Numbered from the stretch's first letter, positions 37,201 through 45,962 are shown. The stretch: 64,000 nt of DNA from an uncultured Victivallales bacterium (GCA_944390795.1 CALXRI010000003.1:7100-71099); one strand, 5' to 3'. The notes: a model not told the origin generated them from the letters alone. Made by a program: numbers and translations.

Positions 37201-39534
37201 ATAAACGCTCAGAAAATCGTCCTGCTCCTCCGGAGTCGTCTTCCGCATTTCCGGGACAAGCATCATTCCCTCGGGACGGCCGATTTTCCTTCCCAGACAG
37301 CGTTCCGGGATGTTGCGGCAGTTGACGAACAGGACAGCCGCGCCTGTTTTTTCCTGAATTTCCGCCAGCCATCCGGTGAATGTCCCGTTGTCATGCGCCT
37401 TGAAATCCAGTCCCTGGATCACCGCGACTTTCGGAGGCGTTTTCAGGGATTTCAGGCATTCCATCGTATATGCTTCAAGCTCGTTGCCGCAGGTCATTTC
37501 ATTGGTGACGACTCCCATGGTGCCGAACGGGATGTTCAGCACCTTGATCAGCAGCGGGATGTATCTGTAAGAGAGATCCATCCGCTGTGCGAGTTCAAGA
37601 ATGGTGCGGCGTTTCGTCGATTCCATCTCGCCGCGCAGAAACGGCAGGAAAAGGACCTCCGGCATCTCAAACGCAGACGGCTTGAGCCATGTTGTATGCA
37701 GCGTCACATATTCGGGGGAAAGTTTTTCCATGCTGTCAAGAGGGGTGTACCAGAGACTTTTTGTCTGGTCGCGCATCCGTTCCAGCCTGCTCCTGGGAAC
37801 GCCGCGGATATCTTCCGGAACGATCCTGATATCGTCGATGGACACATGCTGATCCCTGATTCCGAAGACCTGGAAGAGGAATTTCATTTTCACTGCTCCT
37901 TTCGGAACGTAGAAGCTGTGTTCCTTGGTTTCCCAGTCATGGCTTTTCCGGGATGCACGGTAGAATTCCCTGGTTGCGCCTTTGATGAGTTTTCCGTCCT
38001 TGTCGTAGAATTCCGCCAGCGTGCGGGCGATTCCGTTTGCGCGGTCGTCATTGCGGATCCTGTAGGACACGGTCAGTTTTTCCTCTTCTCTGGTAAGAAT
38101 GGAAATCCGGAATGCGGTCCAGTCCCCGGGGCCGGGGCGTGTCATAATGATCGCGCCGTCCCTGTATTCATACCATTTGCGGTTCCGGAAAGCCCATCCC
38201 CAGTAGAAGCCGTCCGGCCAGTCTCCATAGGGGGCTTTTTTCGTAAAACTCCCATTGTAGACAAGATCCGGTCCTCCGCTGAAATCAAACGCGGGAGCCT
38301 GCCTGTCCGGGGCGCGGTCCAGAAGGATCTGCACGCTGTATTCCCTGTGTCCGAGGTAACGTCCGTCGGTGCCCCTGGCGTATCCTTCCTGATCGAATTT
38401 GACCCACTCGTCCCCCTTGTTGTTGAACCCGGGGACCTTGAACAGAAGCTGATACTCTCCGGAATCCAGCTTCCGGACCCGGAACGGAACCGGGATGGAA
38501 TCGTCCGGACGGCCGTTGTTGATCTCATGAACGGAAACCCGCTCCGGGTTCGCATCCGCCGGAAGGCGCACGGCCCGGACGGAATCGAAATACTGACGGA
38601 GAACCGTCACATTCATGGATCTTCCGCTGTCCTGAAGTGTCTGTCCGGCCGCCTGAGAAACTTTCAGGTTTTTGATTTTTCCTGCATAGAATTCCGGAAG
38701 CCAGAGTTTTTCCCCTTTCGGATGCTCTGAAACCCGGAAGGATTTCAGGTCCTTGAGCGCCGCGGCAATGTTTTTTTCAAAAAATCTGGCTTCGACTTCG
38801 AATTTGACGCTTCCTCCGGCGGGGATTGTCTGCTGGCGGAGAAACCATTCCAGCGTCGAGACGCTTCGGGACAGGTCGAACCAGCTGTAACAGGCGCTGA
38901 GCAGATCCCGGGGAAGAAGAACTGCCGTTCCCGCGTGATCCTGATTCCCCTCCACCGCCAGAAAGGCAAGTCCCGGCTCCAGACTCCATTCATCCATTGC
39001 AATTCCCCTGCCGGGATGAGTGAGCTGCCGGATTTCCGTTCCGCGCGGCTGATAGAAGGTATTCGGAACGTCCAGTCCGTTGTCGCCGCGGCGCAGGAAC
39101 GTCCGGCACCAGATTCCCGCCGCATGTTCCGTCCGGTCCACGTTTTCCAGCAGATATTCCAGCTTGAGGGAAGCTCCGTTTTTCTGGAAGCGGTAGGTCT
39201 TTGTCACCTTGAGCCAGCTGAACGCGGCCACTCCGCGGACGGAGAACACCACTTTGTAATCCGGAGCATGATAGCTGTTTTCAACCAGTTTGTAGTCCAG
39301 TTTTTCGAAGAATTCGACCAGAGCCTCTTTTTCAGATCCGTTCCGATGATTCGCCACAAGGCGTTCCGTGAACGAGTTTTTCTCCTGGACCATGGATTTA
39401 CCCCGGAAACTGAGTCCGGTAATGGATCCTCCGCGCGTGTCAAACTGGATCTTGCAGCTTCCGCTGTCGACGGAAATTTCCGCCGCGGATAAAGACAGGG
39501 CGATCATGAACAGCGGCCATATGATTTTTTTCAT
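34222..39534 (-). CDS. Giant secreted multidomain protein (1770 aa) with a GH42-like beta-galactosidase core
   Basis: ATG 39534 (MKKIIWPLFMIALSLSAAE signal peptide) inside ORF 34222..39606. GH42-like blocks are CYSEHCLKAFRESLKKQYPSLDALNREWESSF (~35990-36070) and the trimerisation/GATase-like block KYKVLILPCALAISPEQTEKIELFVKNGGTVIADF (~35150-35290). The N-terminal ~1000 aa match no family I recognise. Confidence 0.7.
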   Translation of the reverse strand: MKKIIWPLFMIALSLSAAEISVDSGSCKIQFDTRGGSITGLSFRGKSMVQEKNSFTERLVANHRNGSEKEALVEFFEKLDYKLVENSYHAPDYKVVFSVRGVAAFSWLKVTKTYRFQKNGASLKLEYLLENVDRTEHAAGIWCRTFLRRGDNGLDVPNTFYQPRGTEIRQLTHPGRGIAMDEWSLEPGLAFLAVEGNQDHAGTAVLLPRDLLSACYSWFDLSRSVSTLEWFLRQQTIPAGGSVKFEVEARFFEKNIAAALKDLKSFRVSEHPKGEKLWLPEFYAGKIKNLKVSQAAGQTLQDSGRSMNVTVLRQYFDSVRAVRLPADANPERVSVHEINNGRPDDSIPVPFRVRKLDSGEYQLLFKVPGFNNKGDEWVKFDQEGYARGTDGRYLGHREYSVQILLDRAPDRQAPAFDFSGGPDLVYNGSFTKKAPYGDWPDGFYWGWAFRNRKWYEYRDGAIIMTRPGPGDWTAFRISILTREEEKLTVSYRIRNDDRANGIARTLAEFYDKDGKLIKGATREFYRASRKSHDWETKEHSFYVPKGAVKMKFLFQVFGIRDQHVSIDDIRIVPEDIRGVPRSRLERMRDQTKSLWYTPLDSMEKLSPEYVTLHTTWLKPSAFEMPEVLFLPFLRGEMESTKRRTILELAQRMDLSYRYIPLLIKVLNIPFGTMGVVTNEMTCGNELEAYTMECLKSLKTPPKVAVIQGLDFKAHDNGTFTGWLAEIQEKTGAAVLFVNCRNIPERCLGRKIGRPEGMMLVPEMRKTTPEEQDDFLSVYRNGNRKAAVLQFSKDNFYYYARLLPFSLPEQKGELVPAYVSRDFPYWEYTYLPMMKALRWLAGTKTGAEIRKCTADEKSLHFQIRAETDTAAEMEVVYKDLHRRNIGQTRRKVALKGGMQNLRIPMPELPGGTMVAEYRLLNSGNRVFDAGATRVDLPDTSPIRLDFVNADRIYATPQISFSIHVPTPVPGSRLKIRIEDTDFRIVHEETRRTETVNSCSVTLQAPYTKLYRIMIDQIAGKRVVSMQHGEFALTGQDFDPRDLTAMVWHGRPEMTPILKELGFDLLSTGYFQAGITQRAHSNLNLASLSIGCGHDSGFQSIYRGDKPTDPVRNPCYSDPARHRKIQASFLEQSRKQNWKYFQLKHFFLGDEMFLGSTVCYSEHCLKAFRESLKKQYPSLDALNREWESSFRTWNDVIPCQLSELKNKNNLSRWLDHKVFMAGVFAHQNIGFIRHALNRIVPNVRCGISGTQPPGYTYDWAQLMKEINFIAYYGGVQIKLVHDFGGENLIKGQWGCGYVNPSIRRNQYQNAILWRDLLRGANMAAAYACGSTINGDLSLNSNIEVYSRVFREMKQGIAKMVLTSPPAAENVAVLYSQPSLFAALGTIGISEWQNAYSAWNALLEDLHVNCRFVSSEMLTEGLDNGKYKVLILPCALAISPEQTEKIELFVKNGGTVIADFLTGSFDEHGKRGNNARLARLFGIASTDAAPALTGKDLTLKAVPESGIPGIKGSFRIGSGELPVMNVRHTGKGKAILMNMMLNGYQAVLLTGVGGERATQISGAEEFCGNLRRLIGGLLTGSDVRIRCKVTLAGNSRDYPCQTMLRNTGNNYIFGLLKFTEDGNTFDMNSGEDVVVKLPVKGHIYNVREKKYLGSGDEIRLKLVPAWGYLYAILQERITGLEIDSPAAVKPGSGMKIGFRAVAEKGAPGAQTFHISLIRPDGKSPAMYRRNVFSDTGKGEISMQTACNDPAGKWTLRVVNVNSGVTAEKAFVLR

Positions 39535-39690
39535 GGTGTATCCTTTCTTTCTGTTTTCCGGTTTTCGCCGAAGACTTTCATGTCTGTTTCTGATTTTCTG
39601 TTTCATGCGGAAGCATGTCCGGCATTGCGGCGTGAAACCGTCATCCGGAAACGTCTTTCCATTCCGGCAGTTTCATGAATGTCATTGTTC

Positions 39691-40491
39691 TTACATCCCG
39701 CTTTTCTGCCACCAGAAGGGTTTTGTCCGCGCAGTCGTATCGGCCTCCTGATTCGGAACTTCGCTCATCCGCAGCGAGGCGGCATGGCCGTCGCAGAACA
39801 GGAAGTTCGCCTTGCCGTTATGCCGGAAAACGATGGGATCCGTACTGTGCGTGAACGGCTTGTCGTAGCTCAGAAGTCCGCTTTTCGAATCCCCCATGAG
39901 CATCAGCTGCGAAGGATGCTTATAGCCGGACTGTTTGAACATTTTGTAGTCCTTTACAGTTTCCCAGTAATATCTGGTGAACCATCCGTTGTATCCCATG
40001 GTGTAATATGCCTGCCATGAACCCAGCTGACCGACGTCCGCGCTCGGGCATGCGTAGGGGGATTTGAGGATCTCCGTTCCGATGTTCAGATGTGTGCCGT
40101 AACGTTCATTGGTCGCATTCGATTTTTTGGCGGGCGCCGGCCAGTAGGCGCTCATGATATTGCCTGGCAGATAACCGTAAAACGTGCTGGCGGCACTGTA
40201 ATAGGGGAGGAAATCCTGATAGTCGGATGCATAGAAGATCAGACTCTTCCCCGCCTGGGAAAAATTGTTGAGACAATGGAGCGCATGTCCTTTCTCGCGG
40301 ACTTTGCTGAGCGCGGGCAGAAGCATTCCCGCCAGAATCGCGATGATCGCAATAACGATGAGAAGCTCGATCAATGTAAAATTCTTTCCATTTTTTCCGC
40401 TGTTTCGGCGAAACGAGGTGCCTGCATCTGCCATTTGTTTCTCCATTTCTGTCCGGAATTCCGCCGGGCCGTTTATGTTCTTTGCAATCAT
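39691..40491 (-). CDS. Prepilin-type N-terminal methylation-domain protein, H-X9-DG (DUF1559-like) pseudopilin
   Basis: [32 protein letters not shown]-terminal segment and C-terminal HNGKANFLFCDGH. The start is uncertain (Met candidates at 40491 or further downstream). Lies 156 nt upstream of the giant GH gene on the same strand. Confidence 0.85.
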   Translation of the reverse strand: MIAKNINGPAEFRTEMEKQMADAGTSFRRNSGKNGKNFTLIELLIVIAIIAILAGMLLPALSKVREKGHALHCLNNFSQAGKSLIFYASDYQDFLPYYSAASTFYGYLPGNIMSAYWPAPAKKSNATNERYGTHLNIGTEILKSPYACPSADVGQLGSWQAYYTMGYNGWFTRYYWETVKDYKMFKQSGYKHPSQLMLMGDSKSGLLSYDKPFTHSTDPIVFRHNGKANFLFCDGHAASLRMSEVPNQEADTTARTKPFWWQKSGM

Positions 40492-40789
40492 GAAGATCCA
40501 TTCTGCGTAAGAGTCATTCTTCCGGAAAGGCCGTCCGTTTCCGGTAAAATGAACGGGAGAGGAATGAAATCTGAACGATTGCCGCCGAAATCCTCATGCG
40601 CATTTCGCAGAGTAAGGCCCGCCGCATCGTCTCCCCTCGTTTTCCGGCATCCCGGCCCGTGTGGTGCGGGACGGGAGTCTCCTCAATGACTCTCAGAATT
40701 TCCTTTCTGTATTCCATGGCAAATTCTTCCGTTTTTCCAGTTGCAGGAATTTCAACCTGTAAAAAACCGCGTTTGTATTCGGCATAAGA

Positions 40790-41872
40790 TCATGGATTCC
40801 GGGATTCTTCATGCATTTTCTTCTGGAAAAATGAAAATGAGATTTCTCTGTCAGTCTGTGCGTTCGAATCTCCCTGAGCTGCAAGAATGAGATCATGAAG
40901 TTCCGCTTCATATGCCGGGGAGCGGGGGTTTTCCTTCTTTCCCCGGACGTAATCCGCAAAATCCTTCATCATGACGTCATAGCGCCGGAAAGGCGGAAAA
41001 GTAATGGACTTGCTTCCTTCCGCATAGGGATGGTCGTTGTTGTCTGTCATTCGGAGTTGCGCAGTGTAATAACCGTTTTCTTCGGGCTTTTCAAGAGGCC
41101 GTATTTCGATGGCGCCTTTTGTGCCGGCCAGGGAAATGCAGCGTCTGGCGAACCCGTTGAATTCCGAGGCGGAGGCTTTGACAAAACCGAAGGCGTCCGG
41201 ATAGCGGAAGAGACAGAATCCGTGATCTCTGCATTCCACGCCGCAGGCGTGCGTCGCAATATTCAGCGGAAGGAGCCGATCGGGGAATCCGCAGAAGCCG
41301 ACCATCAGATCTATGATATGGCAGCCGAGGTAATACATCATTCCTCCCGGGAAGCGCTTCAGTTTTTCATGATATCCGGCGTTTCCCATGCAGCTCATCT
41401 GTCCTTCAAAACTTACGATTCTGCCTAAAAGCCCGTCATTCACCATCTCCATGGCTTTTCGAACCGCCGGATTCCCGCGGAACATGTAGCCCGTGGAAAA
41501 AGGCAGTTTTTTTTCTTCGGCGATCCGGCACATCCGGTGAAAGTCCGCGGAGGAACCGCTGCCCGGCTTGTCCATGAATACGGGGAAGCCCTCTTCCAGC
41601 ACGCGGATTGCCGTCGGCACCAGACGGAGCTCATCCGTTTCCACAAGAAACGCGTCCGGCCGCAGTGCAAAAGCTTCCGCGCTGCTGAGAAAAGGCACTC
41701 CCTGAAAAGCGGTCTTCCGTTCCGCCGCCAGCTTCTGAACGGGATCTGTTTCCACGACTCCCAGAAGCTGATAATCCTCCCGCAATTGCCGGACAGTTTC
41801 CGCGACAGGGGCTGCATGCACCGTGGAACCTGTTCCGATCTGCACAACTCTCAGGGGATTCAAGCACGTCAT
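40790..41872 (-). CDS. Gfo/Idh/MocA family oxidoreductase
   Basis: 360 aa. LRVVQIGTGS Rossmann start and FMDKPGS (EKP-like) motif. Confidence 0.85.
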   Translation of the reverse strand: MTCLNPLRVVQIGTGSTVHAAPVAETVRQLREDYQLLGVVETDPVQKLAAERKTAFQGVPFLSSAEAFALRPDAFLVETDELRLVPTAIRVLEEGFPVFMDKPGSGSSADFHRMCRIAEEKKLPFSTGYMFRGNPAVRKAMEMVNDGLLGRIVSFEGQMSCMGNAGYHEKLKRFPGGMMYYLGCHIIDLMVGFCGFPDRLLPLNIATHACGVECRDHGFCLFRYPDAFGFVKASASEFNGFARRCISLAGTKGAIEIRPLEKPEENGYYTAQLRMTDNNDHPYAEGSKSITFPPFRRYDVMMKDFADYVRGKKENPRSPAYEAELHDLILAAQGDSNAQTDREISFSFFQKKMHEESRNP

Positions 41873-41876
41873 GATC

Positions 41877-42950
41877 TCATTCCGCCCAATGATATTGAGG
41901 ATTCTGTTTTTTCACGATTTCCGTGATTCTGACGACTTCAAGCGCCTGTCCGCTTGTCACCGGAAACGGTGCAATCCCGTTGACGGCCTTCCAGAGGAAA
42001 TCCGCGAGCGCCTTTTCCACAAGGTCTACAATACTTCCCTCCGGCGTCACTTTTCTTGTTTCCGTCACCCATGGCAGGCTGACTTCCCCGGTCCAGACAT
42101 AATCCGGGGAAGGGGCCTCCGGAAACGCCTTCAGGTCCGGCATTCGGAATTGCGGTTCCAGATAGCGGAGTTCCAGTTCCTTCTGGGTTTCGTCATAGCG
42201 GATGGCTCCCCGGGTTCCGCACAGGACACAGTACGGCTGCGGAATTGCGACGGCGTTGCTGACCTCGATTTCTCCAACAGTTCCGTTTTCAGCGCGCAGC
42301 ATGATCCGGAAATGATCGTCCGCATCCCCGGGTGTCAGAATGGATTTCAGATCGCTCCAGACGTCTTTGACCGGGGAACCCAGAAAATGCAGCGTCTGAT
42401 CGATGACATGAGGGCCCCATACGCTCAGCTGTCCTCCTCCCTCGGAAAGCAGCATCTGCCAGTCGCAGCGGGGGGCGAACGGATGAGCCTTGCTGATCCG
42501 CACCGTGTGAAGACGCCCGATCAGACCGGAGCGGACCAGATCATACGCCATCATATGAGCCGGTTCAAACCGGTGATTCTGCCCGAAAAAAAGTCTGCCG
42601 TCATACTGCTTTGCCAGACTCCTGATTTCCTGATAATCCGCACCGGTTACCGCAATCGGTTTTTCCAGAAGGACAATTTTTCCGGCTTCCAGCGCCTCTC
42701 TGGCGTTTCTGACATGATCCAGGGAACGTGTCGCGATGATTACCAGTTCCATATCCGTGTTTTTCAGAAATTCCGCATAATCGCAGTAGGCCTGTCCTCC
42801 GTATTCCCGAGCGGCCTTGCCCGCACGTTCCAAAGAAAAATCGCAGAACGCCGCGGGGGTGTAGTGACTCTTCTTTTGAGCAAAATAACGCGCATGCAGG
42901 ACTCCCATCCGCCCCATTCCGCAAATCCCGTATTTTATGGCCCGTGTCAT
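41877..42950 (-). CDS. Gfo/Idh/MocA family oxidoreductase
   Basis: ATG 42950 (MTRAIKYGICGMGRMG) inside ORF 41877..43043. LLEKPIA motif. Confidence 0.85.
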   Translation of the reverse strand: MTRAIKYGICGMGRMGVLHARYFAQKKSHYTPAAFCDFSLERAGKAAREYGGQAYCDYAEFLKNTDMELVIIATRSLDHVRNAREALEAGKIVLLEKPIAVTGADYQEIRSLAKQYDGRLFFGQNHRFEPAHMMAYDLVRSGLIGRLHTVRISKAHPFAPRCDWQMLLSEGGGQLSVWGPHVIDQTLHFLGSPVKDVWSDLKSILTPGDADDHFRIMLRAENGTVGEIEVSNAVAIPQPYCVLCGTRGAIRYDETQKELELRYLEPQFRMPDLKAFPEAPSPDYVWTGEVSLPWVTETRKVTPEGSIVDLVEKALADFLWKAVNGIAPFPVTSGQALEVVRITEIVKKQNPQYHWAE

Positions 42951-43161
42951 TTGATTTTCTCCGATCGTTTTCCGTTTTTCATGCGGGAGCCATTCTCCCC
43001 GTTCATGCCTGCACACCGCGCGGGGCAGTGGGTGTTCCTGCATCCGGCAGCATGACAGAATTCAGGTTTATCCTTATATATTATATGATGAAACGGAAAA
43101 AACACCAATAGAGATAATGATAAAAACATGAGGATTATAATCATATTGCGGGAAAATACTC

Positions 43162-43467
43162 TTTATTCAAAAAATTTAGGTTAATACCGCGATGCTCTGC
43201 ATCGCCAAAAATTACTTCGTGCAGGACTCTCAGTCCTGCCGCGGTCCAGCTGCGCAAGCTGGTCGCCGGAGGCGAAATCCCTAATACCGCGCCTGCTTGC
43301 ATCGCTGTAATTTATTCAAAAAAATTTAGGTTAATACCGCGATGCTCTGCATCGCCAAAAATTGCTTCGTGCAGGACTCTCAGTCCTGCCGCGGTCCAGC
43401 TGCGCAAGCTGGTCGCCGGAGGCGAAATCCCTAATACCGCGCCTGCTTGCATCGCTGTAATTTATTG
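43162..43467 (+). repeat. Tandem duplication (2 x ~150 nt) of an intergenic repeat unit
   Basis: Copy A is 43162-43310 and copy B is 43311-43460. By eye they are identical except one A/G substitution (43214 vs 43364) and one extra A in the poly-A tract. A third unit starts (tttatt) at 43461. Hairpins in the unit: GCGATGC-tct-GCATCGC, GCAGGACT-ctc-AGTCCTGC and CCAGCT-gcgca-AGCTGG. There is an internal half-repeat TAATACCGCG...GCATCGC. Confidence 0.9.
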
Positions 43468-43741
43468 AATGAACTCTGCATCATGTGTGCTGGATGGCCC
43501 TCATGACATGTTTGGGATGTCCGCGGTTTGCTGTCGGATTTTTTGCATGGAGAGAGATTTCAGGCGAGTTTCCGGAGTGGCCGGAAGGCGGATTCGCCCC
43601 CGCAAGGCGATCCGGAGCGGAAGCCGAGACGGCATCCGACGCGGAACATTTCGATTTTCCGCACTTTGTTCAAAAAATATCCGATCCTCCTGTGCAGTCA
43701 AGCTGCAATCCGGCATAATCGTTCATGAATGCTCCCTTTCC

Positions 43742-43822
43742 ATTCAAACAATATCAGATTAATAGTGCGATGCTCCGTGTTGCAAAAATTGCTTCGCGCT
43801 CTCCTGCCAGTCCAGCTTCAGG
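43742..43822 (+). repeat. Degenerate partial copy of the same repeat unit
   Basis: cattcaaacaatatcagattaatagtgcgatgctccgtgttgcaaaaattgcttcgcgc...tcctgccagtccagcttcaggg aligns by eye to the 5' two-thirds of the unit, with substitutions and a deletion. Confidence 0.6.
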
Positions 43823-44057
43823 GCATCTGAATAAACTTGCCGCCGCAGACTGAAGTCCCGTGCCCAGGGAGTTTTATGCCGGGACGGATCATGCAGAATC
43901 AATGGATTTTACCGCATTCCGGTGATTTTTCAAAGGAGCGATGTCCGTCCTCTGCTTTTTCCGAAAATTTTTCTGTGCAGCCTTCTTTTTATGAGTCTTT
44001 TTCTGAAGCGCGACTCTGTTTTCCCGTTTCCCGCAGATTGGCAGAACTCTTTGCCTT

Positions 44058-45944
44058 TCACGGATTATTCGGATTTTTTTTCTGTTGCCAGACGGCCAGA
44101 ACGTATAACAGCCAGAGGAAATACTGGTTATTCCTGCGTTCCAGCCAATGATCCTCCAGAAGCTTCCGGATGAATTCCGGGTTGAAATTCCATTCCCGGT
44201 GTATGGTTTCCGGGGTGAGCAGCTGTCGGGAGGAATCTTTGAGTGCTGTGCGGAACCAGTCGCCGAGCGGGGTGGAGAAACCCTGTTTTGGGCGATCCCA
44301 CAGCGTTCTCGGGATGTAACGCTCCAGCACCTTTTTCAGAATTCTTTTTCCTCCGTGACGGCGATCATATTGATAGGAGAAGGGCAGGGAAATTGCGAAT
44401 TCCACAATTCTGTGATCCAGCAGGGGCGGACGCACCTCCAGGGAATGCGCCATACTGGCCCGGTCGACCTTGCAGCAGATGTCGTCGGGAAGATAAAGCG
44501 CCATGTCGAGGAATGGCGCCAGGTATCGGGACGGGACCTGTTTTTCAAATTCCTTCAGCGTCCGGCGCAGCACCGAGTGTGCGGAGTCAAACCTGCGGCC
44601 GGTCAGGTGCTCGAAGCGCAACCAGGAGTAAATGCCGGAAATCATGCCGTACATGTCATCAAACCGGTCATAGGAAACCACCGCTCCGCATCTGCCCGGA
44701 AGGCATCCCGTTCCGAACAGTTTTTCCAGGATTTTTCCTCCGCAGCGGCGCAGAAGGCGAGGGACATACTCGTCAATCCATGCAAATTTCCATAAAACGG
44801 AGAGATTATTGTATCCGAAAAACAGTTCATCTCCGCCGTCGCCGGAAAGCGCGGTTGTGACCTGTTTTCTTGCCACGGCGGACAGCAGATAAGTCGGCAT
44901 GGCGGAATCGTCGCCGTACGGTTCGTCATAGATGTCCGGCAGTCTCGGCAGAATGGCGAAGAGGTCCTTTTCCGTCATGATTTCGCAGGTGTGATCCACG
45001 CCCAGATATTCCGCGATTTTTGCCGCATGACGACTTTCGTCTTCCTGTTTTGTCTCAAAGCCGATGGTGAAGGTTTTCAGCTTCCCTGCACTGAGATGAC
45101 GCTGGGCGATTGCGCAGATCAGGCTGGAGTCGATTCCTCCGGAAAGAAAAGCGCCGAGGGGCACGTCGGACATCAGCTCCTCCCGGACCGCCTCGTTCAG
45201 AAGACGGTCCAGTTCGTCGGCGGCATCCTCCGGCGTTCCGGAGAATTTCGTTTCCGGGATCCGGATTTTCCAGTAGGTTTCGGTCCGGCATTTCCCGTTT
45301 TCAAAAACCGCATATTGTCCGGGAGAAACTTTGAAGGTGTTTTTATAGATGGTCAGCGGGGAGGGGATATAGCGCAGCAGCAGATAATGATCCAGAGCGA
45401 CGGGATCCGTCTTTTCCCGGCATTCCGGCAAAGCGGTAATCGCCTTGAGTTCCGAGGCGAAGACAAGCGTTTCGGCGCGGAGGTGGTAGTAAAGGGGTTT
45501 GATTCCCATCCTGTCTCGGAGCAGAAGCAGGCGGGGAGAGCTGTTTCTGCGATCCCATACAGCCGCGGCGTACATCCCGCGCAGCCGGCGGAAGAATGAT
45601 TCCCCGTTGAAACAGAACCCCCAGAGAAGAACTTCGGAATCGGAGTTCGAGCGGAAATGCGCGCCCTGTTTTTCCAGCTCCTCCCGCAGTTCGCGGTAAT
45701 TGTAGATTTCCCCGTTGACGGCGACTGTGACACGGCGGTCCGGTGTGACGAAGGGCTGCCTCCCCGCCTCGGAAAGATCAAGAATGCTCAGGCGGCGGTG
45801 TCCCATCCAGAGTTTCCAGTCCGTTTCCGTGTCGGAAAAGATTCCCTCCTGGTCCGGCCCCCTGTGCCGGAGTGTATCCAGCGCCGTTTTCATTTTGTCT
45901 TCATCGGGGATATTTCGCCCCGCATATCCGAAAATTCCGCACAT
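44058..45944 (-). CDS. asnB: Asparagine synthase (glutamine-hydrolysing), glycan-cluster type
   Basis: 628 aa. MCGIFGY Ntn-amidotransferase start, HRGPD, and the SGGIDSS PP-loop motif. Confidence 0.9.
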   Translation of the reverse strand: MCGIFGYAGRNIPDEDKMKTALDTLRHRGPDQEGIFSDTETDWKLWMGHRRLSILDLSEAGRQPFVTPDRRVTVAVNGEIYNYRELREELEKQGAHFRSNSDSEVLLWGFCFNGESFFRRLRGMYAAAVWDRRNSSPRLLLLRDRMGIKPLYYHLRAETLVFASELKAITALPECREKTDPVALDHYLLLRYIPSPLTIYKNTFKVSPGQYAVFENGKCRTETYWKIRIPETKFSGTPEDAADELDRLLNEAVREELMSDVPLGAFLSGGIDSSLICAIAQRHLSAGKLKTFTIGFETKQEDESRHAAKIAEYLGVDHTCEIMTEKDLFAILPRLPDIYDEPYGDDSAMPTYLLSAVARKQVTTALSGDGGDELFFGYNNLSVLWKFAWIDEYVPRLLRRCGGKILEKLFGTGCLPGRCGAVVSYDRFDDMYGMISGIYSWLRFEHLTGRRFDSAHSVLRRTLKEFEKQVPSRYLAPFLDMALYLPDDICCKVDRASMAHSLEVRPPLLDHRIVEFAISLPFSYQYDRRHGGKRILKKVLERYIPRTLWDRPKQGFSTPLGDWFRTALKDSSRQLLTPETIHREWNFNPEFIRKLLEDHWLERRNNQYFLWLLYVLAVWQQKKNPNNP

Positions 45945-45962
45945 GACTCTAATCCCTTTGAG

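Noticed and set aside
33868-38730. Two long + strand ORFs (33868..36468, 866 aa; 36580..38730, 716 aa)
   Set aside because: They are antisense to the 1770-aa minus-strand gene, which has a signal peptide and GH42-like blocks. The + products are rich in Arg, Phe, Gly and Pro, with no motifs or start context.
40492-40789. 67-aa minus ORF (40514..40717, MEYRKEILRVIEE...) between the oxidoreductase and the pseudopilin genes
   Set aside because: It has no recognisable domain, a poor composition and no RBS. It is most likely untranslated intergenic sequence, although the 298-nt gap may hold an internal promoter.
43162-43467. Tandem repeats as a CRISPR array
   Set aside because: The repeat period is ~150 nt, and the copies abut directly with no unique spacers. 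No cas genes are in the window. The unit is also far longer than CRISPR repeats.
43162-43467. Tandem copies as a DGR template/variable repeat pair, prompted by the single A-to-G difference at 43214/43364
   Set aside because: No reverse transcriptase gene is in the window. The repeats are intergenic rather than at the 3' end of a target gene. One substitution is not an adenine-specific mutagenesis pattern.
43670-43726. 18-codon minus-strand mini-ORF (MNDYAGLQLDCTGGSDIF) with a GGGAG-like RBS in the coding desert
   Set aside because: It is too short to support from sequence alone, and there is no motif or conservation evidence. It would only become credible with Ribo-seq or homologues.
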